A stretch of DNA of 64,000 nt from positions 103,991 through 167,990 of the IMG/VR virus record IMGVR_UViG_3300032287_002972; one strand, given 5' to 3'. Positions within the stretch are counted from its first letter, which is position 1; the number at the start of each line of letters is the position of its first letter. Below the pieces are notes generated by a model that did no database searches, was not told where the DNA came from, and worked only from the letters and a program-made list of their open reading frames with translations. Shown piece by piece: positions 36,591-46,515 of the stretch. A program made the position numbers and the translations under genes. This DNA is from a virus.

Positions 36591-37544
36591 TTAGTTTGCT
36601 GAATACCAAGTATAATCTACAGAATCAGGTACATTACTTGGTCTGTGCCATTTAGCACATTCAATAGCATCTGTAAATGTTGGACATGTATCAATCAGAT
36701 ATACTGACTTCGTACTTGGACAAGTAAACTCAATCCAAGCGTATGGTTGATCTAACTCTCCTTTACTATTCTGTAAGAATGAATACTTTGTTTTACTTCT
36801 ATAAATTCTAATCGTCTCTTCGTAACCATTTTCGTGTTTAACATTCTTCTCATCAACAATTTCAGCGTCCAACATTTCTAATAAACCTTGATTACCAAAA
36901 TTCTCTTTAATGATTGTGATGATAGCCGCTCTGATATCCTCATTTGTATTTTTATGGAAACAAATCTTAGCGTTAATCAAAGAATCACATTCGTTAAAAA
37001 TATCTTCTTCGATAAATCTACCATTAACATAATGTTGTCCATAACCATCATCAAATTGAATAGCGTGTCCTGTGGTACAGTGAAGGTCGTTATTAGCGTT
37101 TCTAGAAATCTTGTTTGGATATTTAGACACTAAACAAACTTTATCCATTTGGATTTGAAGATATGAATTAGAAACACACTCACTAATCAGATTAAAATTT
37201 TCTCTGTGTTCTTCCATGAAATCGAAGTTATCAAGAAAATATTCATAAAAAGATAACCACGAAGTGTCGTCAGCGTTTATGTAAGCCGAAAACGGTTCAT
37301 ATACTCTCTTTTCATTACCTAATAACCTGTTAATCTCAACTTGACAAGCCATAGGACTATCTAACAAAAACACTTCAGGTTCATCTAATTCACAGAACTT
37401 ATACAATTTCTTCATTGCAATTTCTGTTTTCTTTTGGTCATGGTTTTTGTAAAACTCATAATTGAAAATTTTAGATAACCACTTTTCCCTTTGGGAATCT
37501 AATTTACCTTCTTGTTCTGGTGTTAATTTCTCAATTTTAGACAT
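36591..37544 (-). CDS. DUF6745-family protein without the central repeat insert
   Basis: IEKLTPEQE, DSP, WLSFYEYF, LHC..G.AI.F.DG, NEDIR, CPST. Confidence 0.75.
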   Translation of the reverse strand: MSKIEKLTPEQEGKLDSQREKWLSKIFNYEFYKNHDQKKTEIAMKKLYKFCELDEPEVFLLDSPMACQVEINRLLGNEKRVYEPFSAYINADDTSWLSFYEYFLDNFDFMEEHRENFNLISECVSNSYLQIQMDKVCLVSKYPNKISRNANNDLHCTTGHAIQFDDGYGQHYVNGRFIEEDIFNECDSLINAKICFHKNTNEDIRAAIITIIKENFGNQGLLEMLDAEIVDEKNVKHENGYEETIRIYRSKTKYSFLQNSKGELDQPYAWIEFTCPSTKSVYLIDTCPTFTDAIECAKWHRPSNVPDSVDYTWYSAN

Positions 37545-37704
37545 GATTTTTTTTATTTAGTTATAAAATCTAACGACACAAAGATACAAATAAAAAACGA
37601 AAAAAAAAATATTTTATACAATTTTATTATTTTTTTTATCTGTACCCTCTTGTTTCATATTTCGATGTAAAGATAAGTTATCTTTTTCATATTTCAAAAT
37701 TTTT

Positions 37705-37899
37705 TTATAAAATTTTTAAAATAATTATATCTCTTAATAATTTTGTAGTTCTAATCCATACAGACATGTAAATTTGAGAACTAACATTTTCAGTTACCAA
37801 TTTATCAACATTAAAATCTAATAATCTTTTACATTTAATTCTAGATAAACTTTGTATTGATTTAATTCTATTTCCTATTTCTTTTTCTATATTTTTCAT
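37705..37899 (-). CDS. small hypothetical protein (possible distant array relative)
   Basis: size and MKNI start. Confidence 0.55.
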   Translation of the reverse strand: MKNIEKEIGNRIKSIQSLSRIKCKRLLDFNVDKLVTENVSSQIYMSVWIRTTKLLRDIIILKIL

Positions 37900-37904
37900 T
37901 AACG

Positions 37905-38153
37905 TTAGATTATTAAATTACCCATACTTGTGAATGTCATTTTATGGTCATCAACATCGATTACACCTAATTTTTTTTTCAGATTATCTTTACACATATT
38001 ATCTGAATGTGTTTTTTGTTTTTTTGATATAAACAATTTCTCATCTGCTTCATCAAATAATTTTTCAGATAGGTTTTCCATTGTGACTTTAATTAAATCG
38101 TTTCTTAATTTTTTAGTTATTTTAAAAAATACTTGATACTTTATGTTTTCCAT
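37905..38153 (-). CDS. small hypothetical protein
   Basis: ORF. Confidence 0.55.
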   Translation of the reverse strand: MENIKYQVFFKITKKLRNDLIKVTMENLSEKLFDEADEKLFISKKQKTHSDNMCKDNLKKKLGVIDVDDHKMTFTSMGNLII

Positions 38154-38160
38154 TTTATTT

Positions 38161-38343
38161 TTATTTTTTTATGTTCGTTAATAGTTCATGAACAATTATT
38201 AAAAAATCTGTTTCATAGTACATGTTAATAAAATTAAAAAAAATACCATCATCTTTATCGGATAAATTATCATTAATTTTTTTAAACATTTCTGTTTCAA
38301 TTTTATTAACACTATTAATTATGACAGATTCTTTATTTTCCAT
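38161..38343 (-). CDS. small hypothetical protein
   Basis: ORF. Confidence 0.5.
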   Translation of the reverse strand: MENKESVIINSVNKIETEMFKKINDNLSDKDDGIFFNFINMYYETDFLIIVHELLTNIKK

Positions 38344-38674
38344 CGATACGTGTTTTAACTAATAATTCATATAGGTCTTCAGGTGTTATTAATTCGTAAT
38401 GAACGTTATCTAAGATAACATGACCATCTTTATATTTTTTACCAAATTCTAATTCCCATATATAATAATCTATCCAACTATTTTGTTCATCATCTTTTGT
38501 TAATATCTGAAGTATTTTTATTAATTGACTATACAGGTTATTATTATCATATCCAGACACATAATCATTTGGTAATAATTTTTTAAACGCTTTAGAACAT
38601 TCCGAATCAATTTCATATTGTTTTTGAATCATTTTAATCGATTCAATAAATAATTCCTTTGTTATATTTTCCAT
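38333..38674 (-). CDS. conserved phage protein (WI.Y..WEL.FG)
   Basis: motif. Confidence 0.7.
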   Translation of the reverse strand: MENITKELFIESIKMIQKQYEIDSECSKAFKKLLPNDYVSGYDNNNLYSQLIKILQILTKDDEQNSWIDYYIWELEFGKKYKDGHVILDNVHYELITPEDLYELLVKTRIDGK

Positions 38675-38689
38675 AATATTATTTTTTAA

Positions 38690-39247
38690 TTAATAAATTT
38701 CTAAATGTGGATTAACTAAATTTTCTACTTTTGTTAATTCATCGTAAATCTCTTGAGTAAACCTACCATATACTCTTAAAGTACCATATTTAGTCTTTAT
38801 ATCGTGTATCATTATCCCACCAGTTAATAATTGTTTAACATGAGATAAATGAATATTTCTAATTCTAACAATTGAATTATCTTCACCAAAAAGATGTAAT
38901 AAATTTAATACAAATCTTGGTATCCACCAAGGTTTTGATTTCTTATCAACGAACATAATAAAATTCTCCAAATAATCGTATAGGTCTGTATTTTCATTAA
39001 AAATATTCCAACTTATACCAAGATAATGATATTTGTGATCTCTATGATTCGAGAAACAATTTAAAACATCTTTAAAATTTATTTCACTCAAATAAACCAT
39101 TTTATTTTTGGGTGAATCTGTTATACTATATTTTTTACGAAATTTCATAGAAGAAATTGTAAAAGAAATATAATGTTTAATATAATGAAACATTATATAA
39201 CCAATTAAAAACATAGGGTACGACATTATTAAAAAAAATATTATCAT
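38690..39247 (-). CDS. hypothetical protein with N-terminal TM
   Basis: IKTKYGTLRVY motif. Confidence 0.65.
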   Translation of the reverse strand: MIIFFLIMSYPMFLIGYIMFHYIKHYISFTISSMKFRKKYSITDSPKNKMVYLSEINFKDVLNCFSNHRDHKYHYLGISWNIFNENTDLYDYLENFIMFVDKKSKPWWIPRFVLNLLHLFGEDNSIVRIRNIHLSHVKQLLTGGIMIHDIKTKYGTLRVYGRFTQEIYDELTKVENLVNPHLEIY

Positions 39248-39253
39248 ATTAAT

Positions 39254-39547
39254 TTATTTTAAATTATCTGAAATTAATTTTACCAAAACATCACCATGAC
39301 AAGATTGTGGATGACACCAACAACCAAGTACTTTATCTTTAAGTTCATGAAGGTCATTCATTAAATGTTTTCCATCCCCATTGGTTATCCATTCTTCATA
39401 TGACTTAACCGCCTCGTCCCTACTTCCAACTATATGTTTAGCCATAGTTTTCCCATCTTTTATGTGTGAAAATGGATTACCCCATTTACTTGGTCTACCA
39501 ATATAAACGTCATATAATTCCTTTTTACAATGAACAACTTTGGTCAT
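39254..39547 (-). CDS. DUF4326-family protein
   Basis: YIGRPSKWGNPF, LGCWCHP..CHGDVL. Confidence 0.85.
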   Translation of the reverse strand: MTKVVHCKKELYDVYIGRPSKWGNPFSHIKDGKTMAKHIVGSRDEAVKSYEEWITNGDGKHLMNDLHELKDKVLGCWCHPQSCHGDVLVKLISDNLK

Positions 39548-39548
39548 G

Positions 39549-40031
39549 TTATAATATTTTTGTTATTTTTTCAATCACATTTTCATCCCAAACACATCCA
39601 GACTCAACATCCCATGTACTAATCCAAATATTATATAATGTACTTGAGATAAATGGATTAATTTCTATACCACCTTTAGTTTCACAAAATCTACCCCATT
39701 CTATTAAAGTAAAACAAGTATTAACTATATGTCCTAAAGGTTTATTATATTCAGAAGTAAAATCTCTTAATACTTTACTGTTGTCTATTTTTAGAATTTT
39801 ACTTTCATCAAGTTTTATTTCGAAAATATTATCACATTCCCATCCAGGCATATTTGATCTGACCCAATCTATCCAACTGGTTCCAATACCATACCATAAA
39901 CCAGATGGTTTAAAACCATTTTCTTGTTTTGAGAGTGGTGTTGGTATAAAATTAATTTCACTTTCTTTAGACATTATAATCCTTGAATTAGAATAATTTT
40001 TTGAAATGAAATTATAATCTTTCTGATTCAT
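39549..40031 (-). CDS. conserved phage protein (KP.GLWY...WDV.SGC.W)
   Basis: motif. Confidence 0.7.
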   Translation of the reverse strand: MNQKDYNFISKNYSNSRIIMSKESEINFIPTPLSKQENGFKPSGLWYGIGTSWIDWVRSNMPGWECDNIFEIKLDESKILKIDNSKVLRDFTSEYNKPLGHIVNTCFTLIEWGRFCETKGGIEINPFISSTLYNIWISTWDVESGCVWDENVIEKITKIL

Positions 40032-40098
40032 AATCTTTCTCTCTTTTTTTGTTTACGGAAATATTTTTTAAAAAAATTAGAAATTTTAGAAATTATTT

Positions 40099-40821
40099 TC
40101 ATGATACTACCCCTAAAGATATTTTTTCATCTTGATAAATAAGATACTCACCACTTGTTCCTAATGTATCAATGTAATAATACCTACCACCAGTTGTTTG
40201 TCCTTTGATATCAATTTTATTTTGTGTGGTGTGTCCCACAACCTGAATATATTCTTTTCTAAAAGAATCGTAATTAGATTCTTGTAATGACTTTGGTCTT
40301 ATCCATATAGGTGAAGACTCTACACTATCACCATACGGATCCCATCCGATAAATTTAAATGATTTTAAATTATTTTTAAATAAATCATTAACAATGATAT
40401 CAACTGATTCGTTAATATCCATGTCATATTTTTTTACCCAATATTCAAACCATTTATTACTAATACCTGCATGACTTATCAATATGTTATCTATTTTATG
40501 ACACATCGATAAGTGTTCCATTGTTTCATTCAGTTTTTCCTGAATAACAAAATGATGTTGTCTCTGATGACCACTATATGTTTCGTTCACACCAGGTAAA
40601 TAATGGAAATCATGATTCCCTGTTAATAATACTACCTCAAAATCAGAAGTCTTTTTTAGTGCAACTAATTCTTGGTAATTATATAATTGTTCTGTGAAAC
40701 TAATACTTTCATGAGTATCAAAATAATCACCAACAAAAACAACTTTATCAGGTTGTTCGTTTTTAATGATTTCTCTCCATACACCACGACCGTGTATGTC
40801 ACCAATGATAATTGTTTTCAT
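40099..40821 (-). CDS. calcineurin-like metallophosphoesterase
   Basis: GDIHG, GDYFD, GNHD, HAG, GHT. Confidence 0.9.
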   Translation of the reverse strand: MKTIIIGDIHGRGVWREIIKNEQPDKVVFVGDYFDTHESISFTEQLYNYQELVALKKTSDFEVVLLTGNHDFHYLPGVNETYSGHQRQHHFVIQEKLNETMEHLSMCHKIDNILISHAGISNKWFEYWVKKYDMDINESVDIIVNDLFKNNLKSFKFIGWDPYGDSVESSPIWIRPKSLQESNYDSFRKEYIQVVGHTTQNKIDIKGQTTGGRYYYIDTLGTSGEYLIYQDEKISLGVVS

Positions 40822-40882
40822 TTTAATATTTTAATATTTTAATATAGTACAAATATATGAATAATAAACGATAAAACCAATT

Positions 40883-41947
40883 TTAAACGTATTTTTTATT
40901 TACCGTATCAAATATCCTCTTCATTCTATTAATATCATCATCGTTTATATTATATAAGTCACTACTATCATCCGTAGATATTAAATTATATTCTTTAACG
41001 TAATGTTTTTCTTTAGATATATCTTTTAACATAGATTGACAGTTGTCATAATATTCAAAATCTGTACTAACTTTTTGTGGTACTATTTTTAAATAATATG
41101 TAGATTTTTCACGTAAAATACAATCGTAAAAAATATCATCATTTTGTTTAAGAACTTTTAAAATAAAACAATATAGAAGAAATTCTTTACTAAATTGTTC
41201 ATTAGATTCACCATAATAATATATATTATTTTTCATCACATATGAAATCATGGTTTGGAATGAATTATATATGTCTTCATTTTTTAATGATTTAACTATA
41301 TAATTCTCAATACTCATATTATTTCTAAACATATAAAACAACACATCTAAAAAATAATAATCATATCCAGGTGAAATACTAGATAATAAATTATCTTCTG
41401 TTTTCCAATCTATTAAATTAAATACACAATAATAAATTCCATCTTTAATAACTAAATCATCCCATCTATCTACCATATCTGATAATTCAAGAGAACTATC
41501 TTCATCATCATATTCTTCACTACTTAAAATAAGTACGGGAATATACTTTTGTCCCAAATTGTCTGCCGCAACAACTCTATGTCGACCTTCTTGTTGGTTT
41601 TCAACATAATTTAAATACGGCATGTCAAATTTAACACCCTCCTTCATCTTTTCCATAATCCGTTGTACTTTCCAATCGATAATGTATCTAAATTGATCAG
41701 AATAACTAGTGTTTTGTAGTTTTGAACATTCTTGTAAGTATTTCTCTTTAGTCATCCATTTAATTTCACCTTCCCAATACTCATATTTTTTTGGTAGTTC
41801 ATTATTTTTCCCAAACAATACTTTATCATAATCAGGAATAGATGAAACGGTTTTAAAAAAACCATAACTATTATCTTCGTTTAGGTTTTTTAAACTTTCA
41901 TTTAAATTTTTAACTAAATCAATCTGTTCTCTTATTTGTTTCGACAT
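40883..41947 (-). CDS. ParB/Srx-like N-terminal domain protein
   Basis: EGRHRVVAA..LG...IPV. Confidence 0.6.
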   Translation of the reverse strand: MSKQIREQIDLVKNLNESLKNLNEDNSYGFFKTVSSIPDYDKVLFGKNNELPKKYEYWEGEIKWMTKEKYLQECSKLQNTSYSDQFRYIIDWKVQRIMEKMKEGVKFDMPYLNYVENQQEGRHRVVAADNLGQKYIPVLILSSEEYDDEDSSLELSDMVDRWDDLVIKDGIYYCVFNLIDWKTEDNLLSSISPGYDYYFLDVLFYMFRNNMSIENYIVKSLKNEDIYNSFQTMISYVMKNNIYYYGESNEQFSKEFLLYCFILKVLKQNDDIFYDCILREKSTYYLKIVPQKVSTDFEYYDNCQSMLKDISKEKHYVKEYNLISTDDSSDLYNINDDDINRMKRIFDTVNKKYV

Positions 41948-42115
41948 GGTTATCTTTTTTTTGATTTAAAAACCTTAACCAAAAAGTTTTCACACATATC
42001 GTATCTGGTTAATCTAATATCTCTTCTGATTTCAAACAATCCATTAAGATTTCTTGAGTCTACACGATTATTCATTTTTTCTAACATTTTAAAAGGTGAT
42101 TTTATCATAAATACT

Positions 42116-42949
42116 TTATTTTAATCTTTTTAAAACATCACTCATTCTAGAATACATTTCAGCACCAATTGGTATAGATGATAATGTCATAATAAAATTA
42201 TTGATGTATGAATAAACATAAATAATCTCACCAGATGTTTTTGTTGCGGTACTATTAATATAGACCAATATTGAAATGATAATAAAAGAATATTTTAAAA
42301 CGTTTATCCAAAACCAATTTTTTCCCGATAATGTTGATGAAAATATAATCAATCTTCTACTACGATAGAAAAAGTTTTTTATTCCATCAATATCCGAATT
42401 ACTAATAGTATTAACTCTATTTTCTGAATGATTGTTCATTACGGAAGTAGATTGAGATATTTTTTTGTAAAATATCTTTACTATAAAATAAACAGGAATA
42501 TAACAAAACACCATAATAAATCCAACTGTTTTGTTTTGTGAAAATACGAACGAAACACTACCTATCATAGTAATAATTGTTGCCAAATAATAATGTGCAT
42601 AATTCTCAAGTAAATTTATCACTTGACTAGCTAAATCAACTCTAGCAATTTTAGTTGAAGAATCTTCATTACTTTTTGATATGAAATTGATTACAATATC
42701 GTTATATATCTTTGTATATACTTTAGTATCATATACCATTCTTTTATAAAGAAAGACAATGTATCCAACATATATCCCAATTAATACCAATAGTGGTGAA
42801 TAATTTTTATTAATTATTCCATCAATGGTTTTACCCAAAAAAAATGGTTGAAGTAAAACTAATATTTCAACTAACCCCATAAAGATATATATGGTTATTA
42901 ATTGGAATTTATATTTTTTGTAAAGTTTTTTTAGTAAGTTGTTGTTCAT
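42116..42949 (-). CDS. ABC-transporter six-TM domain protein (no ATPase)
   Basis: PFFLGKTIDG, R.VYDTKVY, multiple TM helices. Confidence 0.7.
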   Translation of the reverse strand: MNNNLLKKLYKKYKFQLITIYIFMGLVEILVLLQPFFLGKTIDGIINKNYSPLLVLIGIYVGYIVFLYKRMVYDTKVYTKIYNDIVINFISKSNEDSSTKIARVDLASQVINLLENYAHYYLATIITMIGSVSFVFSQNKTVGFIMVFCYIPVYFIVKIFYKKISQSTSVMNNHSENRVNTISNSDIDGIKNFFYRSRRLIIFSSTLSGKNWFWINVLKYSFIIISILVYINSTATKTSGEIIYVYSYINNFIMTLSSIPIGAEMYSRMSDVLKRLK

Positions 42950-42958
42950 TATTTTTTT

Positions 42959-43213
42959 TTAAAAATTATCAAAACACCATATTGGGGTTTTCTCCCCCAC
43001 ATAAGCGTCTTTCATATTGAAATAAAAATATTCTATTGCATCCTCGTAATCCATATCATTCATTAGTATTTCAATACATTTTGATACAGAATAAATAAGT
43101 CTCATGTCATTTTCATCAACACCTATTATGGCATCATCAAAACCATCTACTTTAAGAAAATACTCGCTTGGATATGCATCAAATATTGCATTAACATAGG
43201 GAATGTCATTCAT
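42959..43213 (-). CDS. conserved phage protein (DGFDDAIIG...YVGEKTP)
   Basis: motif. Confidence 0.75.
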   Translation of the reverse strand: MNDIPYVNAIFDAYPSEYFLKVDGFDDAIIGVDENDMRLIYSVSKCIEILMNDMDYEDAIEYFYFNMKDAYVGEKTPIWCFDNF

Positions 43214-43277
43214 AATAAATTATTTTTTTTAAAAATACTATGTTATATCGGAAATATCAACTTCTCTTTTCAGAATT

Positions 43278-44657
43278 TTAATTCCCCATGTATTTTTTAT
43301 ATAACTCATTTGCTTTGTTTGTTGTTGAATTTTCTATTCTCACCAGTACATAGTAAAAAATAGATTCAACAGTTTCTTCAAACTGTTCAACAGTCCTAAA
43401 ATTACCAATATTTGTTATATTTAATTTATCAGATATATTCAAATTTTTTATATCAAATAAGTCTTCTACATGACTTTTATCTAAGGCATAAAAATACTTT
43501 AATATGTTTCTATCTTTATCGAATATGATACCCTTAATAACACTATAAAGTCTTTGTAAACATTCGTATAGAACCTTTTGTACTTGAGCAGATTCTAATG
43601 CGTTATTATATGTTACACCATCTATCTCTATCCAACCTTCAAGGTCTTCATATTGATTGTCAAATTCCTCAAACGCCTCATTTATAAGGTATAAATATAA
43701 ATCTTTTTTGTACTCATCCAAATCTTTAACAGTTTGTTTTCCATATTTCTTTACTTTTACATAATCTTCTATGGATGTTGCCTTATTTTTACGTATGTCT
43801 TTTCTTAACAAATCTAATATGAATCTTGAGTGTTTACTACTGTCTGATTGAATATTAAAAATCTGATTTTTTATGTGTTTAGGTAATTGATCCAAATATA
43901 AACTATCCTTTTTAAAGAATTTATCCTTAAATTCTTTAAAATCATCATCGAAATTTTCAAAACCGTTCATGTCATCAATATATTGTGTGATTGTTTTATA
44001 TAAATCATCATCATTATACATTACCAAATATGCTATTTGTTTGAAAGGATATGTATGATATACATATTTACTAATTAATGTGTCATCTAAATCTGTAGTA
44101 TAGGTATCCTTATATTCAATAGGATTTCTTTGACTATAGAAATTCTGTAATTTATCATATAGAAATATTGGAATATCAACTTTCTTACATAATAATACGA
44201 TTTTTTTCACAAAGTTATTTGGATTTTCCCCTACGTATATATGAACTTCTAAAATATACTTTATAGCATTAGGTATACTAGGCATATCTGTTATTATTCT
44301 GTCCTCTTGTTCTAAACTGTCTATTGAGTTAACATAACTACTTTTATCTTGTTTATCACTTTTTGGTAAGTTCCAATAATCAACAGGAGTAATTGCATAT
44401 CTTTGTTTAAGTTTCCTACCATCCAAAACTATTTTACCATATGTTTTTTTATATCCACTACTCCTACTTCGTGTTGTTGAAAGATAGTAAAATTTTTTTT
44501 TGTTAATTTTATAATCAGTATCACTACCCATTGATGCGACGGTATTTAATCTATTGTTTTCTATTACTTCTAATATGTATTTTGGGTCTATATAATGATA
44601 TAAAATGTCGGAAGAACCTTCATTAATTAAATTTTCTAAAATAGTTATTAAGTTCAT
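43278..44657 (-). CDS. putative ADP-ribosyltransferase-fold protein
   Basis: LYHY...LSTTR...EQEDR (H-S-ExE) in the N-terminal half. Confidence 0.5.
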   Translation of the reverse strand: MNLITILENLINEGSSDILYHYIDPKYILEVIENNRLNTVASMGSDTDYKINKKKFYYLSTTRSRSSGYKKTYGKIVLDGRKLKQRYAITPVDYWNLPKSDKQDKSSYVNSIDSLEQEDRIITDMPSIPNAIKYILEVHIYVGENPNNFVKKIVLLCKKVDIPIFLYDKLQNFYSQRNPIEYKDTYTTDLDDTLISKYVYHTYPFKQIAYLVMYNDDDLYKTITQYIDDMNGFENFDDDFKEFKDKFFKKDSLYLDQLPKHIKNQIFNIQSDSSKHSRFILDLLRKDIRKNKATSIEDYVKVKKYGKQTVKDLDEYKKDLYLYLINEAFEEFDNQYEDLEGWIEIDGVTYNNALESAQVQKVLYECLQRLYSVIKGIIFDKDRNILKYFYALDKSHVEDLFDIKNLNISDKLNITNIGNFRTVEQFEETVESIFYYVLVRIENSTTNKANELYKKYMGN

Positions 44658-44730
44658 AAATTAGTTTATTATAAATATTGTAAGATATATAATGTGTATT
44701 TCTAAAGGATACAGACGAAATAATATATTT

Positions 44731-44946
44731 TTAATACACCTTCTCCCCACATTTCAAAGGTGTACCGTCAGTATTTAACACCTGAATCGTACCATGTCTA
44801 TTATATTTGTAAATAAAACCATTTTCACAAACTATAGTGTAATCCCAATGTGTACCAATCTCATATGGGTCTTTCTGAGATTCACAATATACCCCTAAGA
44901 ATACAAATACAATTGATATTAATATTAAAAATAACATACTTTTCAT
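44731..44946 (-). CDS. small membrane or secreted protein
   Basis: N-terminal hydrophobic helix. Confidence 0.6.
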   Translation of the reverse strand: MKSMLFLILISIVFVFLGVYCESQKDPYEIGTHWDYTIVCENGFIYKYNRHGTIQVLNTDGTPLKCGEKVY

Positions 44947-44960
44947 GACACATAATTTTT

Positions 44961-45362
44961 TTACAATAAAATTTCAAATCTTCCTCTCATCTTTTCTATT
45001 GTTTCTTTTGGACAATCATGTACGTTCTCACCTCCATGTCTATTCTCCACAATAATAGAAAACACTTGATATCCATAAGTTTTAGCCAAATCAAAATAGG
45101 GTTTCATTTCCCATTCTTGTGTGAATGTATTAGATACCACAATTCTATCAACATTAACTTGTTCACCATTAGTGTTCATCCAAGCCGAAGTTTGTGCCTG
45201 ACAATAATTATGTGCTAATTTGATTTTAGAACTGTCAAATTTATATTCACCATTTTCCATAAAATATTGGTCTGCCTCAATGTGAACACCACCCAATAAT
45301 TTTGACAATGTGCTTTTACCACTCCCTGGTAGTCCTCTTAATAAGAAAAGTGTTTTACTCAT
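44961..45362 (-). CDS. P-loop kinase (AAA_33 / polynucleotide kinase-like)
   Basis: RGLPGSGKST, VSNTFT..WE, NVH..P. Confidence 0.85.
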   Translation of the reverse strand: MSKTLFLLRGLPGSGKSTLSKLLGGVHIEADQYFMENGEYKFDSSKIKLAHNYCQAQTSAWMNTNGEQVNVDRIVVSNTFTQEWEMKPYFDLAKTYGYQVFSIIVENRHGGENVHDCPKETIEKMRGRFEILL

Positions 45363-45363
45363 T

Positions 45364-45567
45364 CTAACGATATTTAAATGGATTGCCTTTCAAAATTTCT
45401 ATCAGTGCTCCCATAAAACCATATAAACCCATAACAATTAATGAAATTATTAAAGTTAAATAACTTAAAGGGTTGTAAGGATTTAAACGATGTCTTTCGT
45501 ATCCTCTTTCATTTATTATTTTCTGTGTTATTCCTAAAAATAATAAAATTTTTCTAAATTTTTTCAT
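45364..45567 (-). CDS. small membrane protein
   Basis: RLNPYNPLSY + TM. Confidence 0.55.
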   Translation of the reverse strand: MKKFRKILLFLGITQKIINERGYERHRLNPYNPLSYLTLIISLIVMGLYGFMGALIEILKGNPFKYR

Positions 45568-45607
45568 CGTTATTTTTTTTATACACAAATATAAGAAAAT
45601 AAAATTA

Positions 45608-46156
45608 CTATACAAGTTCTTTCTCTAATCTTTTCAAAACGTCATGACCCGTATGACCATCAAAAGGGAATAATGCCTTTGATGTTTCAGGAACTTTAAA
45701 ACCATTCCATCTGTCTGCAGGATAATGATTGGATATTTGACCACTTGGTAGTTTTGCTACAACAATAAACCAACCTCCGTCAAAACAAGGTTTACCATCA
45801 TTATGATTCCAACTCTTATGTACACTGTACTTGGTGTTATGTGTTACCATGTTCACGTCATGGAATTCTTCATCACCTTTTTGTTTTGACCACTCATTAA
45901 ACAATAAAGCATTGTAAACTGATCTAAAATCGTACAACTCCTTAAAAGTGTGATAACCATCAGAGGTGTTTTCAGTTACTTTATGATGATCCTCTTCCAA
46001 TTCAAATTGTCGAAGTATTTGAATTTCCCCTATTAATTGATTTTCTATTTTTATTGTTTCAATATCAGAGTTTTTAAATACTCCGTTTTTACGAATTTCA
46101 ATTACTTCTTGTAACTGTTTCTTTTTATCTTCAAGTTTTTGTTTCAAATTTTCCAT
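45608..46156 (-). CDS. conserved phage protein (SDGYHTF.ELY...FDGHT)
   Basis: motifs. Confidence 0.75.
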   Translation of the reverse strand: MENLKQKLEDKKKQLQEVIEIRKNGVFKNSDIETIKIENQLIGEIQILRQFELEEDHHKVTENTSDGYHTFKELYDFRSVYNALLFNEWSKQKGDEEFHDVNMVTHNTKYSVHKSWNHNDGKPCFDGGWFIVVAKLPSGQISNHYPADRWNGFKVPETSKALFPFDGHTGHDVLKRLEKELV

Positions 46157-46212
46157 ATTTTTTTTATACACAAATATATAACAAAGTTTTTATAATTCCA
46201 AATACATTTTTG

Positions 46213-46291
46213 TGGTCAGGGCCGGACTCGAACCGGATAAGTAACCATTTTACTGGACTCGGAAACCATTCCTCATTACACCCACCTGACC
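46213..46291 (-). ncRNA. tRNA-like RNA
   Basis: GGTCAGG/CCTGACC-A, CCGGTTCGAGTCCGG T arm; atypical D and anticodon region. Confidence 0.6.
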
Positions 46292-46294
46292 ATT

Positions 46295-46514
46295 TCCCCA
46301 CCATGAGATTACTGGTGAGTAGATTTTAACGGTTTTGTTTTCTTAAAAACTCTAACCATTAGTGTCTTACCACATGAAATCTAAAATCACACTACTAGGA
46401 GGGATTGTGTTTTCCCTTTATTCCTAAGAGACCGGCGTTTAAGGATGTCCAGTCCAATATCCTACCAAGTTTAAATGAGACATTGGCAAGTCTGCTGAGT
46501 ACCTCTTACTCATT
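46295..46514 (-). ncRNA. putative structured RNA
   Basis: No ORF, raised GC, several hairpins. Confidence 0.4.
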
Positions 46515-46515
46515 G

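Noticed and set aside
19247-37544. Diversity-generating retroelement
   Set aside because: No reverse transcriptase in the window and no template/variable pair differing only at adenines was seen.
40883-41947. Cognate ParB for the parS site
   Set aside because: Only the GRHR N-terminal motif is visible. No HTH or ParA partner was recognised.
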